DNA from: an uncultured bacterium
GTDB taxonomy: Bacteria > Patescibacteriota > Dojkabacteria > J137
DNA length: 64,000 nt
NCBI GenBank assembly: GCA_963700155.1
Contig: OY969472.1
Location: forward strand, 176,271 to 240,270
Direction: 5' to 3'
Every line of letters begins with the position of its first letter. The first letter of the stretch is position 1. The position numbers and the translations under genes are program-made. This document shows positions 30,947 through 39,247 of this stretch, one piece after another. The notes under the pieces are model-generated. The model had not been told where the DNA came from. It was given only the letters and a program-made list of their open reading frames with translations, and ran no database searches.

Positions 30947-31020
30947 CGGGGTGAAAGGGGATCGAACCCTCAACCTTTCGCGTGACAGGCGAATGCTCTA
31001 ACCAGTTGAGCTATCACCCC
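30947..31020 (-). tRNA. tRNA-Asp (anticodon GTC), 74 nt, no encoded CCA
   Basis: Reverse complement is GGGGTGATAGCTCAACTGGTTAGAGCATTCGCCTGTCACGCGAAAGGTTGAGGGTTCGATCCCCTTTCACCCCG. It folds as a cloverleaf with anticodon loop CTGTCAC. Confidence 0.9.
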
Positions 31021-31082
31021 AAAATTTGGAGCATGTACATTTTAACAAAAATCAGGGATTTTTCTAGTCTAAATATACATAA

Positions 31083-31679
31083 TCAACCTTCAGCATCTTT
31101 ATAGGAATATCTTAAAGTAAAACTTTGCAATTCATTGTTATATTGATCATAACTTTTAAGGTAAAGTTTTCCATTTTTATTAAAATCAAGCCAAAATCCA
31201 TCAACTCTAAAATTACTTGTTGATTGAGATGGTGTCCACCTTGAAATACTCCAATCATCCACAGGTAAATACTGCATCCATATACCGGAAATTCTATCAG
31301 AAAATCCACCAGCTCCATACATTCCCCATTCACTTGTCTGATTGTTATCGTAATCCAATCCAGCCATATTAACTATTGCTATTGAGCGATCTCTTTTAGT
31401 TATCATATATATTTCACTAAGTAATGATATCCTATCAAAATCAGGTTGTTCAGATAAATACATATTAGAAAACAAATCCGGTAGAGGTAATTGGGCTTCT
31501 AATAATTTTGCATCAAGGTAATTTTTCTGCCAAGAAATATCACTATGCATTTCTGGAGATACGGTTGGCACTTGTCTAGAAATTGGAGTAATAGTTGGAG
31601 CCTGTGTTGCTTGAGGATTTCCACCACAAGCTGAAAGGGCTAACAAGCCTGCTGCTACTTCAAGGCGAGAGAACTTCAT
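31083..31679 (-). CDS. Putative lipoprotein
   Basis: Signal peptide with lipobox LLALSAC|GGN. The rest is a hydrophilic, Trp/Tyr-rich domain. Confidence 0.6.
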   Translation of the reverse strand: MKFSRLEVAAGLLALSACGGNPQATQAPTITPISRQVPTVSPEMHSDISWQKNYLDAKLLEAQLPLPDLFSNMYLSEQPDFDRISLLSEIYMITKRDRSIAIVNMAGLDYDNNQTSEWGMYGAGGFSDRISGIWMQYLPVDDWSISRWTPSQSTSNFRVDGFWLDFNKNGKLYLKSYDQYNNELQSFTLRYSYKDAEG

Positions 31680-31759
31680 TAATATGAACTTAATATATCA
31701 AATATAATTGAATAATAGCATATAAAAAAGGAATCTTTAAAATGAAGTTCTCTCGCCTT
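31662..31759. repeat. Perfect 19-bp inverted repeat (AAGGCGAGAGAACTTCATT / AATGAAGTTCTCTCGCCTT) flanking a 60-bp AT-rich spacer
   Basis: Left arm at 31662-31680 is the first 6 codons of the lipoprotein gene. Right arm at 31741-31759 overlaps the 3' end of the HAD gene. Confidence 0.8.
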
Positions 31760-32335
31760 TTAAATTTGGAGAAAATCTATTCCACACTTATCTGCAGCAA
31801 CTCCATCATTTAATCTGCTGTCACCTATCATTAAATATTTTGATTTATCTTCATCTTCACGATAAAGATCTTTAAAGCCAACTGGATCTGGTTTTAAATA
31901 TTTAACACTATCTCTTGTTACAAGTTTTGAAAAAGCACTTCTTATATTTTGTTCACCTAAAATTTTGTCTACCGTAGTCAAAGTGTTTGAAGTCCAAAGG
32001 TAAAAAGTATATTTATCTTTATTCTTTCTAATAAAATCTATTATTTCTTTATTTGGAGTATACCCTTTAAGATTTTTTCTCTCGAAATCAATCCATAACT
32101 TTGCAATAATTACCCACGATGGCGGTCCAAACCTTTTTACAATCATATTAGCAACAACTGAGATATCATTAACCATTTTAACTTTTGAAGTGAAGCTTTT
32201 ATCTACATTCTTTTCGAAATATTTTAATTGTTCTGTTAACTTAGACCAAGGAAGTATTAAAGTTGCAATTGTATGATCAAAATCAAAGATTAAGAATTCT
32301 TTTGGATGATCTTCGAGGTATTTTTCAAGTTCCAT
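31760..32335 (-). CDS. HAD-superfamily hydrolase
   Basis: Motif I FDFDHTIA (DxDxT) near the N-terminus. Size is typical of small HAD phosphatases. Confidence 0.6.
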   Translation of the reverse strand: MELEKYLEDHPKEFLIFDFDHTIATLILPWSKLTEQLKYFEKNVDKSFTSKVKMVNDISVVANMIVKRFGPPSWVIIAKLWIDFERKNLKGYTPNKEIIDFIRKNKDKYTFYLWTSNTLTTVDKILGEQNIRSAFSKLVTRDSVKYLKPDPVGFKDLYREDEDKSKYLMIGDSRLNDGVAADKCGIDFLQI

Positions 32336-32428
32336 AAATAAATTATATCAGAAGTTTTATGAAAGTCTTGTGATTTCTATAATCTTTTTTATAAAAGGAA
32401 CATAGAGTATAATTCTACTGAAATTCAA

Positions 32429-32446
32429 GCAGACGTGGCGGAATTG
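32429..32446 (+). repeat. 18-nt duplicate of the 5' end of tRNA-Leu(GAG) (GCAGACGTGGCGGAATTG), 124 nt upstream of the intact gene
   Basis: Exact match to tRNA positions 1-18. The sequence diverges after that. Confidence 0.8.
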
Positions 32447-32552
32447 ATCATAAGGTCAATTGAGACAAATGTAATGTAGTCGAAATAAAGACCGCATGAA
32501 TCCCCTGAGGGGAGCATACTTGAGTAGCAGAAGTTTGGTAATATTGTTTTAT

Positions 32553-32636
32553 GCAGACGTGGCGGAATTGGCATACGCGCTACCTTGAGGTGGTAGTCCA
32601 AGCAATTGGGTGCAGGTTCAAGTCCTGTCGTCTGCA
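32553..32636 (+). tRNA. tRNA-Leu (anticodon GAG), type II, 84 nt
   Basis: GCAGACGTGGCGGAATTGGCATACGCGCTACCTTGAGGTGGTAGTCCAAGCAATTGGGTGCAGGTTCAAGTCCTGTCGTCTGCA. Anticodon loop TTGAGGT, long variable arm, T-loop GGTTCAAGTCC. Confidence 0.85.
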
Positions 32637-32697
32637 TTAGCTTACCAAAAAGAAATTATATATAACTCAAGTATTTTAGATGTTCTAATTTACAAAT

Positions 32698-33408
32698 ATG
32701 AAACTTTACAGAGGATTTATTGTTGATCATAATAAACCACAAAACGATCCATTCCGACAGGAATCTTCAATTAACATTGCGGAGGCTATACGGGTGCCAG
32801 AAAAATTTGATCCTCATTCTTCAAATAACTCAAATCAACTATTGTGGGCAACTCCAGAAGAAAACTATGCAAAAGGGGTAAATCTAGCGAGATTTCTAAG
32901 CAGGTATATTTTTAGTTCAGCTTTTCGCGAGAGTGTGGGCCAAGGCAAAGTACAGCTAGCAATAGCAGAATATAATGTAGAAGAGGGTAATGTTTATCTC
33001 GTAAATGAAGATGGAGTTCACAAGTATTCCCCAGATGGAGAACAATATTTAATTCAGAAAAGTAATGACAGACCTCAGATACGTACCATTAGTCAGGATT
33101 CATTTACAGAAATAGTAGGATTATTAGGTCGGAAAGGTATGCAGGATTATATAGCGAGAGCGGCGTATAGATTATCTCAGCTATATAAATTAAGTATTAA
33201 CTGGAATAAAGAAAGAATAGTTAATGAGATGACTTTTTATGAAGGTGTAAATTATATACTCTCAAAATACTTTCCCCAAGTACTCTTACAAGAAGAGCTG
33301 TTAGAAGAATTTGCAGAAGGATTATTTGGAACCAGTCTTCGATTCAATAGAATTGCGGAAAATTCAAATTATTCAAACTTATTTGAAGGGGAAATAGATC
33401 TAAGATAA
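32698..33408 (+). CDS. Hypothetical protein (first gene of the repeat-punctuated segment)
   Basis: ORF only, no motif recognised. Confidence 0.45.
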   Translation: MKLYRGFIVDHNKPQNDPFRQESSINIAEAIRVPEKFDPHSSNNSNQLLWATPEENYAKGVNLARFLSRYIFSSAFRESVGQGKVQLAIAEYNVEEGNVYLVNEDGVHKYSPDGEQYLIQKSNDRPQIRTISQDSFTEIVGLLGRKGMQDYIARAAYRLSQLYKLSINWNKERIVNEMTFYEGVNYILSKYFPQVLLQEELLEEFAEGLFGTSLRFNRIAENSNYSNLFEGEIDLR

Positions 33409-33545
33409 ACTCTAATTCAATTTAAGAGAATTGAGATCAAACTGTATTAATTAGTTCATATCCTATTGTTTATTTATAAATACTTGCAGTTTAGCTTCTA
33501 GTGATATTTCTTTCTTTGTATTCAATAAGTTGCTATGGCTAGGAA

Positions 33546-33626
33546 ATTCAAGAGATTCTATAATAGTAGCGAATTCTTGGAGTTCTTCTATGATTTGGGT
33601 TCGCTTTCGATCCTCTAAGTTGCATT
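33546..33626 (+). repeat. Segment repeat copy 1, short subtype (...GATTCTATAATAGTAGCGAATTCTTGGAGTTCTTCTATGATTTGGGTTCGCTTTCGATCCTCTAAGTTGCATT)
   Basis: Near-identical to copies at 36231 and 39204 and to the 3' half of copies 2 and 3. Confidence 0.85.
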
Positions 33627-33684
33627 GAGTTGTTTTATAAATCTTTTATTGATAGAATCCAGGAATAAATTTTAACATCATATT

Positions 33685-33978
33685 ATGAGTGATCAACTCT
33701 TTGTTCAAAGACAAAGTATCTTTAACGCTAAGATTACAACAGCTGAAAGCTTGCTTGAAGCACTCCGAGTAGATAAGCCATACTTACAAGCAGAAACTGC
33801 TGAAGTTACAATAGTAAAGTACGAAGAGGTAGAAGGTATCGATTATTTTACTATCTCTGCTAGTTATTTCGTTTCGAATTCTCCAACTAGTAATCCATAT
33901 AAAAAAACTGAATTAATTACGATTACAGTAGATAAAGGAGAAATTAGTAATTTTGGTTCTAGAGTTATAGAAGGATAG
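33685..33978 (+). CDS. Hypothetical small protein
   Basis: ORF only. Confidence 0.4.
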   Translation: MSDQLFVQRQSIFNAKITTAESLLEALRVDKPYLQAETAEVTIVKYEEVEGIDYFTISASYFVSNSPTSNPYKKTELITITVDKGEISNFGSRVIEG

Positions 33979-34010
33979 GTGTTTAAATTTTACTCTTCAA
34001 AATTAATATA

Positions 34011-34108
34011 TTCCATAATGGTACTGAAAACTTTGAATTCTTCTAATATTACTCGAACTGAGCTACTACTCAGTTCACCGGTTCGCTTTCGATCCTCTAA
34101 GTTGCATT
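34011..34108 (+). repeat. Segment repeat copy 2, long subtype with a 27-nt insertion carrying the GAACTGAGCTACTACTCAGTTC hairpin
   Basis: Shares ...TTCTTCTAATATTACTCGAACTGAGCTACTACTCAGTTCACCGGTTCGCTTTCGATCCTCTAAGTTGCATT with copy 3. Confidence 0.85.
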
Positions 34109-34129
34109 ATTTTATTATAAACTCCTGAT

Positions 34130-34753
34130 TTAAGACTCTCTTCTTGACCTACTTAAAATGGTATCTATTGCCTGTACAAGATCAGCTCTATAGGTTTTAT
34201 AATTCCTAATAAAACTCTCCTCAGAACTAATTATTTGAGCAAATCTGTCAGCCAATGATTTATAATGGCCTGTCAAAGGTAGCATTAAAGAATATTCCAT
34301 ACTTAACAAAGTATTAACTGCATCTATATTAAAAAAGGTTTCAAATAAATCCCCAATCATTTCCAAAGTATATTCATTACCTATATCAGGATCTGCATCT
34401 GGAATACCAGCAAGCACTGGAAGTGAACCGCCATTTCCCATATATTCTAAAATCAAAGCCGTTGATTCCTTAAGTATACCGAGTATTTGCTTTCCTACAT
34501 CTGATAGACCTTCTAGTGCAGTTAACATACTTAAATCCCCTGATATATTTCGCCTTGCTAAATACCTTATTACATCAAATGGGATTTTAGGTGAAGCATT
34601 TAAAACATCCGCGATCTTGAATATTATTCCATTAATTTGAATAGTTTCTCCTAATTCTTCTCTTGAAAGTATTTTTGATCCTATCTCATCTGTTATTTTT
34701 GATACAAACAACGCTGGATTAGATTGAACTCTTTCTAGTGCATTTACATCCAT
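34130..34753 (-). CDS. Hypothetical protein
   Basis: ORF only. Confidence 0.45.
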   Translation of the reverse strand: MDVNALERVQSNPALFVSKITDEIGSKILSREELGETIQINGIIFKIADVLNASPKIPFDVIRYLARRNISGDLSMLTALEGLSDVGKQILGILKESTALILEYMGNGGSLPVLAGIPDADPDIGNEYTLEMIGDLFETFFNIDAVNTLLSMEYSLMLPLTGHYKSLADRFAQIISSEESFIRNYKTYRADLVQAIDTILSRSRRES

Positions 34754-34830
34754 ATATTAGTATTAAAATATAATTGTACGGAATATATAATTTTAATATA
34801 GAAAAAGCAAGTTGAATTTAAATAGCCTCA

Positions 34831-34939
34831 CATTCAATGGATTCTATAATAGTACTAAATTCTTGGAGTTCTTCTAATATTATTCGAACTGAGCTACTAC
34901 TCAATTCACCGGTTCTCTTTCGATCCTCTAAGTTGCATT
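34831..34939 (+). repeat. Segment repeat copy 3, long subtype
   Basis: CAATGGATTCTATAATAGTACTAAATTCTTGGAGTTCTTCTAATATTATTCGAACTGAGCTACTACTCAATTCACCGGTTCTCTTTCGATCCTCTAAGTTGCATTGA. Confidence 0.85.
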
Positions 34940-34946
34940 GACTTAT

Positions 34947-35591
34947 TCAATAAGGATTTTTCTTCTTGTCTTTTATATATTTTTCGTAATACTTCTTAGA
35001 GTCAAGAGCTTCTGGTCCAGTTCCATTCTCGAAATATTCTAAGAGTTGATCTTCAATATAATCATTCTCATCTGAATAAGAGACATTCCAATCATCTATT
35101 GTAATCAAAATACCTAACAAAACCTTATCTTTGAAGTTATAATCATAATACGTTGCTTTAGGGAACTTATGCATAATCTCAAACACAACCTCATGTAAAA
35201 AATTTTCAGAGATCTCATCATCAAAATAAAGCTTTAATACTTTTTTTATTAAAATTTTTACATCATCTTCAGTTGGTTTAGTTTTAGGAAAATTCTCATT
35301 TCGTATATATTCTCCAACTGTTGATTCGAGTTTATCTTCATCATTAGAGGCTAGTGTTTGATAAAAATCTAAAATCCTACCTCTTACCTCGATAAATTCT
35401 GTTGTTGGCTGTCTTACACTCCAATTCAAAGCTAATTCCACCAATGCTCTCAAGTTAGAATCAGATTTATCAATTTTTTGACAGAGAGATCTAGCATTTT
35501 CTGCGAGCTGCTTTCGAGATATTTGACCATCGAAATAACGCTTTATTGCATTTTCGAAAATTTTTCGAGTATTTGAATCATTAATTTTCAT
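34947..35591 (-). CDS. Hypothetical protein
   Basis: ORF only. Helical and Lys/Glu/Asp-rich. Confidence 0.45.
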   Translation of the reverse strand: MKINDSNTRKIFENAIKRYFDGQISRKQLAENARSLCQKIDKSDSNLRALVELALNWSVRQPTTEFIEVRGRILDFYQTLASNDEDKLESTVGEYIRNENFPKTKPTEDDVKILIKKVLKLYFDDEISENFLHEVVFEIMHKFPKATYYDYNFKDKVLLGILITIDDWNVSYSDENDYIEDQLLEYFENGTGPEALDSKKYYEKYIKDKKKNPY

Positions 35592-35786
35592 AGTTTACTA
35601 ATTATAATAATTAAAATTTTATATAGATTTTACCCCTTAAAAATATTTAAACCAACTTTGTCTTTTGGTAAAGCTCGTCACTGCTGACGAGAGAATTGTA
35701 GTCTGTTTCCAGATCTACACTTCTACAAAGTTGGTTTAACTTTTAGCTTCAGATCTACAAATCAACGATTTTGATACTGTTATGGA

Positions 35787-36035
35787 TCAGCCACCGAACC
35801 AGGAGCCGAAGCCACCTTTTTTTTCCTTCTTGCCCTTGCGGTCTTTGACAACACCCGTCTCGATGGTCAGTTTGCGCCCGTTGTCGTGATCGGTCTGGTG
35901 ATCCCCTGTCTTCGATCCATCAGGGTGGCGATCATGAGACCGGTGTAAACCGGGCTGGTGTTTTACCGTGTGAACATACGGTTTTCCATTCTTATCTTTC
36001 TTGTTCTCATTTTTCGTTGTATGTTTCCTAACCAC
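35787..36035 (-). CDS. GC-rich small His/Lys/Gly/Asp-rich hydrophilic protein (disordered, possibly stress- or metal-related)
   Basis: GTG start 5 nt after a strong AGGAGGTG SD. No hydrophobic core. About 50% GC against roughly 30% flanks. The 5'UTR has a GTGTCCGAAAAGGAACAC hairpin. Confidence 0.45.
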   Translation of the reverse strand: MVRKHTTKNENKKDKNGKPYVHTVKHQPGLHRSHDRHPDGSKTGDHQTDHDNGRKLTIETGVVKDRKGKKEKKGGFGSWFGG

Positions 36036-36230
36036 TTTACACCTCCTAAGGGTGTTCCTTTTCGGACACTTAATGTGTCATGAGTAATAATATTATCACT
36101 CAATCTATATATAATGTCAATATACTAGAGACGTTTGTAGAGCTCATCTACTAATATTTATCTAAAACTTTGATGAAATAAATCTTTATCTGCGGTAACT
36201 TCAACTGTTCGGATAGCTTCCGCATTGTCT

Positions 36231-36316
36231 TCAAACTCAATGGATTCTATAATAGTGCTGAACACTTGGAGCTCTTCGATGATTTGGGTTCGCTTTCGAT
36301 CCTCTAAGTTGCATTT
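36231..36316 (+). repeat. Segment repeat copy 4, short subtype
   Basis: CAATGGATTCTATAATAGTGCTGAACACTTGGAGCTCTTCGATGATTTGGGTTCGCTTTCGATCCTCTAAGTTGCATT. Confidence 0.85.
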
Positions 36317-36367
36317 GAATTTAGCTTTCACAACATTTATACTAAGGATAATAAAGTTAATTATCCT

Positions 36368-36976
36368 ATGAATAATATTGATTTACCCAATGCACTTCCA
36401 CAAGACATCATCGCAAAAGAAAAGCTTATAGAATTAGTTAGAGAAAAGTTAATACCAAAACTTGATTTATATAGAGATAGATTTTCTGACTTTCCAGAAC
36501 TACAGAAAAAGGTTTCAGACGAAACTATTGAAATCATGGTAGAAAGTTTTGCTGAATGTTTCTTACTACTTAATTTAACGCAGGAACATATTCCTGATTT
36601 TTTTGTATTTGATGAGAAGTTTAGAGAAGAAATAAGTATGATAACAAATACCGTATGGATTCTAAATAGTGAAGATGGACCTGTTTTTAATATAAACTAT
36701 GATCGTCTTTATGAAATATCACAAAGAATTTCAGAAAAAAATTCAAAATTAAATTTAATGGAAAAAGATCATTTACGACAAATGATTGCCCATGAAGTAC
36801 ACCATATTTATGATATATATTTTGATCCTGAAAGAGCAAAAATTTCAGGAATAGCAAATGCAAGAAGTGACTTAGCTTTCTTAGACCCAGGAGAAAATGC
36901 TGCTCAACAATTTGGTTTTAGATATCGTGATCTAAAAAAAGATGAAGATGACTTAAAAGTTAATAATAAAAACTGA
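36368..36976 (+). CDS. Hypothetical protein with an HExxH motif (possible zincin-like metallopeptidase)
   Basis: MIAHEVHHIYD contains HEVHH. No other support. Confidence 0.4.
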   Translation: MNNIDLPNALPQDIIAKEKLIELVREKLIPKLDLYRDRFSDFPELQKKVSDETIEIMVESFAECFLLLNLTQEHIPDFFVFDEKFREEISMITNTVWILNSEDGPVFNINYDRLYEISQRISEKNSKLNLMEKDHLRQMIAHEVHHIYDIYFDPERAKISGIANARSDLAFLDPGENAAQQFGFRYRDLKKDEDDLKVNNKN

Positions 36977-37142
36977 ACAAAATCGTTCTACCTCTACTTT
37001 CTATCATAATGACATCTAATCTAATCTTAATTTACCTCAATACTTACTTTTAACTTGGTTTTGGAAATTACAATATAGGAACTGTACTTGAACCATTAAT
37101 TATTTTCAGATGTTCAGAAAAGAAAAAATAAATTAAAATAGT

Positions 37143-37994
37143 ATGATGATTATTAAGACATACATTCCAAGCTCACCTTTAAATACATTTATAAAAGTTA
37201 TGTGGATTTCCGAAGGGGTAGCACAAACAAAAAGGATTAAGATTCTCCCCGACACATCACTTCATCTAATGATCAATTTAGGTGAGCCTTATAGAATATA
37301 CAAAACAGATACCGTGGAATGTATTACAACATGTAAAGAAAGTTGGTGCGTAGGAATATGGAAGAATTCCCACTTAATGGATTACCCCACTAAAATGCAT
37401 ATCTTAAATATTACGTTTTTACCTGGTGGAGCATTTCCATTTATTGGTTATCCAGCGATTGAGGTGGAAAACAATATTGTTCCACTAGAGGCAATTTGGG
37501 GATCTAAAGCTTTGGAGTTACGAGAGAAACTTTATTATGCACGTTCTGCAGATGAACGATTTAAAATTCTTGAAGTAAGTTTATTTCAAAGATTGAAAAA
37601 TACTGAAATATCAAAAGAACTTATTATGATCCAAGATGTTATTCGTCAAATTTCAGTTAATAATGGAGTTTTATCTATCTCTTCATTAAGTGAACTTTAC
37701 AATATTAGTCAAAAACACTTGATACATTTGTTCCTTAAGTTTGTGGGGGCTACTCCAAAAGAAGTTGCCAAGATATTTCGATTTAACTTTATACTTTCGC
37801 AAATAAATTCTAATTCCGACATAAACTGGACAAATATTTCTCAAGATTCCGGATACTATGATCAGTCTCATTTTAATAAGGACTTTAAATCATTCACTCA
37901 GATGACACCAAGTGAATATTTGAAGGAAACAATATTGGCAAATGGGAGGGTTCCGGAGTTGTCCTCTTCCCCAAATAATTTAGCAACTGGTTAA
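37143..37994 (+). CDS. AraC-family transcriptional regulator
   Basis: The C-terminal dual HTH (ISQKHLIHLFLKFVGATPKEVAKIFRFNFILSQI ... SGYYDQSHFNKDFKSFTQMTPSEYL) is diagnostic of AraC/XylS. Confidence 0.8.
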   Translation: MMIIKTYIPSSPLNTFIKVMWISEGVAQTKRIKILPDTSLHLMINLGEPYRIYKTDTVECITTCKESWCVGIWKNSHLMDYPTKMHILNITFLPGGAFPFIGYPAIEVENNIVPLEAIWGSKALELREKLYYARSADERFKILEVSLFQRLKNTEISKELIMIQDVIRQISVNNGVLSISSLSELYNISQKHLIHLFLKFVGATPKEVAKIFRFNFILSQINSNSDINWTNISQDSGYYDQSHFNKDFKSFTQMTPSEYLKETILANGRVPELSSSPNNLATG

Positions 37995-38022
37995 ATTTTT
38001 ACAAGCATTACCTCTATCATGG

Positions 38023-38517
38023 ATGTATTATTATAAAATATTAGGAGGTAATATGAAGAAATCAAATACATCTACAAATCAAGAAATTATAACAGTCAAG
38101 ACAATAAATGCATCCCCTGAACGCATTTGGAAAGCTTGGACAAATTCTGATGAAGTACGTACGTGGTGGGGTCCTGCTGGATTTTCAACTGAAACTCAAT
38201 TAATGGATGTGAAGCCGGGTGGAAACTGGGTATATATTATGCACGGACCAGACGGGAAAGACTATGCTAATGCTTTAGTTTATGATGAAGTTCAAGAACC
38301 AAATCGTTTAGTCTATACACATAAAGCAAGCCCTGAATTCAATTTAGACGGCTGGAAAATGATAAATACTTTTGAAGATATTGGAGGGAAAACAAAAGTA
38401 ACCATGCACGCTATTTATGCCTCTCCAGAGGAATACAATAAACATATCACTTTTTTTAATGCTGTTAAGGGAGCAAAAGAAATGCTTCAGCGGCTAGAAA
38501 AGTTTGTCAAGGAATAA
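38023..38517 (+). CDS. SRPBCC-superfamily protein, AHSA1/Aha1-like
   Basis: PERIWKAWTNSDEVRTWWGP and overall length are typical of the AHSA1 domain family. Confidence 0.65.
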   Translation: MYYYKILGGNMKKSNTSTNQEIITVKTINASPERIWKAWTNSDEVRTWWGPAGFSTETQLMDVKPGGNWVYIMHGPDGKDYANALVYDEVQEPNRLVYTHKASPEFNLDGWKMINTFEDIGGKTKVTMHAIYASPEEYNKHITFFNAVKGAKEMLQRLEKFVKE

Positions 38518-38543
38518 TTTAAGTTAATTTTTAAAAAGAAATT

Positions 38544-39149
38544 ATGAGAAAAATAATAGTCACAACAATGATAACAATCGATGGAGTGATGCAAGCTCCT
38601 GGAGGATCTAAAGAAGATACTGCTGAGGGCTTTTCATTTGGTGGGTGGACCGGACCTTACAACGACAAATTTACAGAAAAAATGTTTACAAGAGACATGT
38701 CAGGAAAATTTGATCTTTTGTTAGGGCGAAAAACCTATGAAATTTTCAAAGGATACTGGCCGGAGCATGCCTATGCTTGGCCTCGAATCAATGAAGTAAT
38801 GAAATATGTAGTGTCACGGAATTCTTCACTTAAAACAGATTGGAATAACTCTGTGCTTATTGGTATAGATATAGTCAAAGAAATAAAAAAACTTAAACGA
38901 GGTAACGGGCTTGATATTGAGATTTGGGGAAGCAGTAATCTAATCCAGACACTATTAAAAAATGATTTAGTAGATGAAATTTGGCTTAAAATATATCCTA
39001 TAACTTTAGGCACTGGGAAAAAGCTATTTTCTGAGGGGACAATCCCAGTTGCTTTCAAGCTAGAAGAGTGCAAAATTTCACCAAAAGGAGTCATTTTTGC
39101 TAATTATAAGAAAACCGGAAAAGTTAAAACAAGCGAGGTTAAAGACTAA
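38544..39149 (+). CDS. Dihydrofolate reductase-like (RibD C-terminal domain / YwjB family) protein
   Basis: MRKIIVTTMITIDGVMQAPGG ... YPITLGTGKKLF matches the DHFR-like RibD_C fold pattern. Confidence 0.65.
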   Translation: MRKIIVTTMITIDGVMQAPGGSKEDTAEGFSFGGWTGPYNDKFTEKMFTRDMSGKFDLLLGRKTYEIFKGYWPEHAYAWPRINEVMKYVVSRNSSLKTDWNNSVLIGIDIVKEIKKLKRGNGLDIEIWGSSNLIQTLLKNDLVDEIWLKIYPITLGTGKKLFSEGTIPVAFKLEECKISPKGVIFANYKKTGKVKTSEVKD

Positions 39150-39203
39150 GACGTGAGCATTAGTTATCGATAATCTTTTCACAGCTTAAGCATTAGAGTT
39201 TTT

Positions 39204-39243
39204 TCAATGATTTAGGTTCGCTTGCAGTCTTCTAAACTGCAAT
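39204..39243 (+). repeat. Segment repeat copy 5, degenerate 3' part of the short subtype
   Basis: TCAATGATTTAGGTTCGCTTGCAGTCTTCTAAACTGCAATG matches the consensus GATGATTTGGGTTCGCTTTCGATCCTCTAAGTTGCATTG. Confidence 0.6.
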
Positions 39244-39247
39244 GAAA

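Noticed and set aside
32425-32637. 70-aa minus-strand ORF in the track
   Set aside because: It lies entirely over tRNA-Leu(GAG) and its 5' duplicate, so it is a spurious reverse-strand reading.
35647-35740. Retron msr/msd flanked by a1/a2 inverted repeats
   Set aside because: The 14-bp IRs enclose only about 66 nt, far shorter than msr plus msd, and no reverse transcriptase gene is nearby.
33546-39243. Integron attC sites as the identity of the segment repeats
   Set aside because: No IntI gene is in the window. The repeats are not overall imperfect palindromes and lack recognisable R'' (RYYYAAC) and R' (GTTRRRY) cores. The cassettes are in mixed orientation. The cassette-like organisation is kept as a finding, but the integron label is not.
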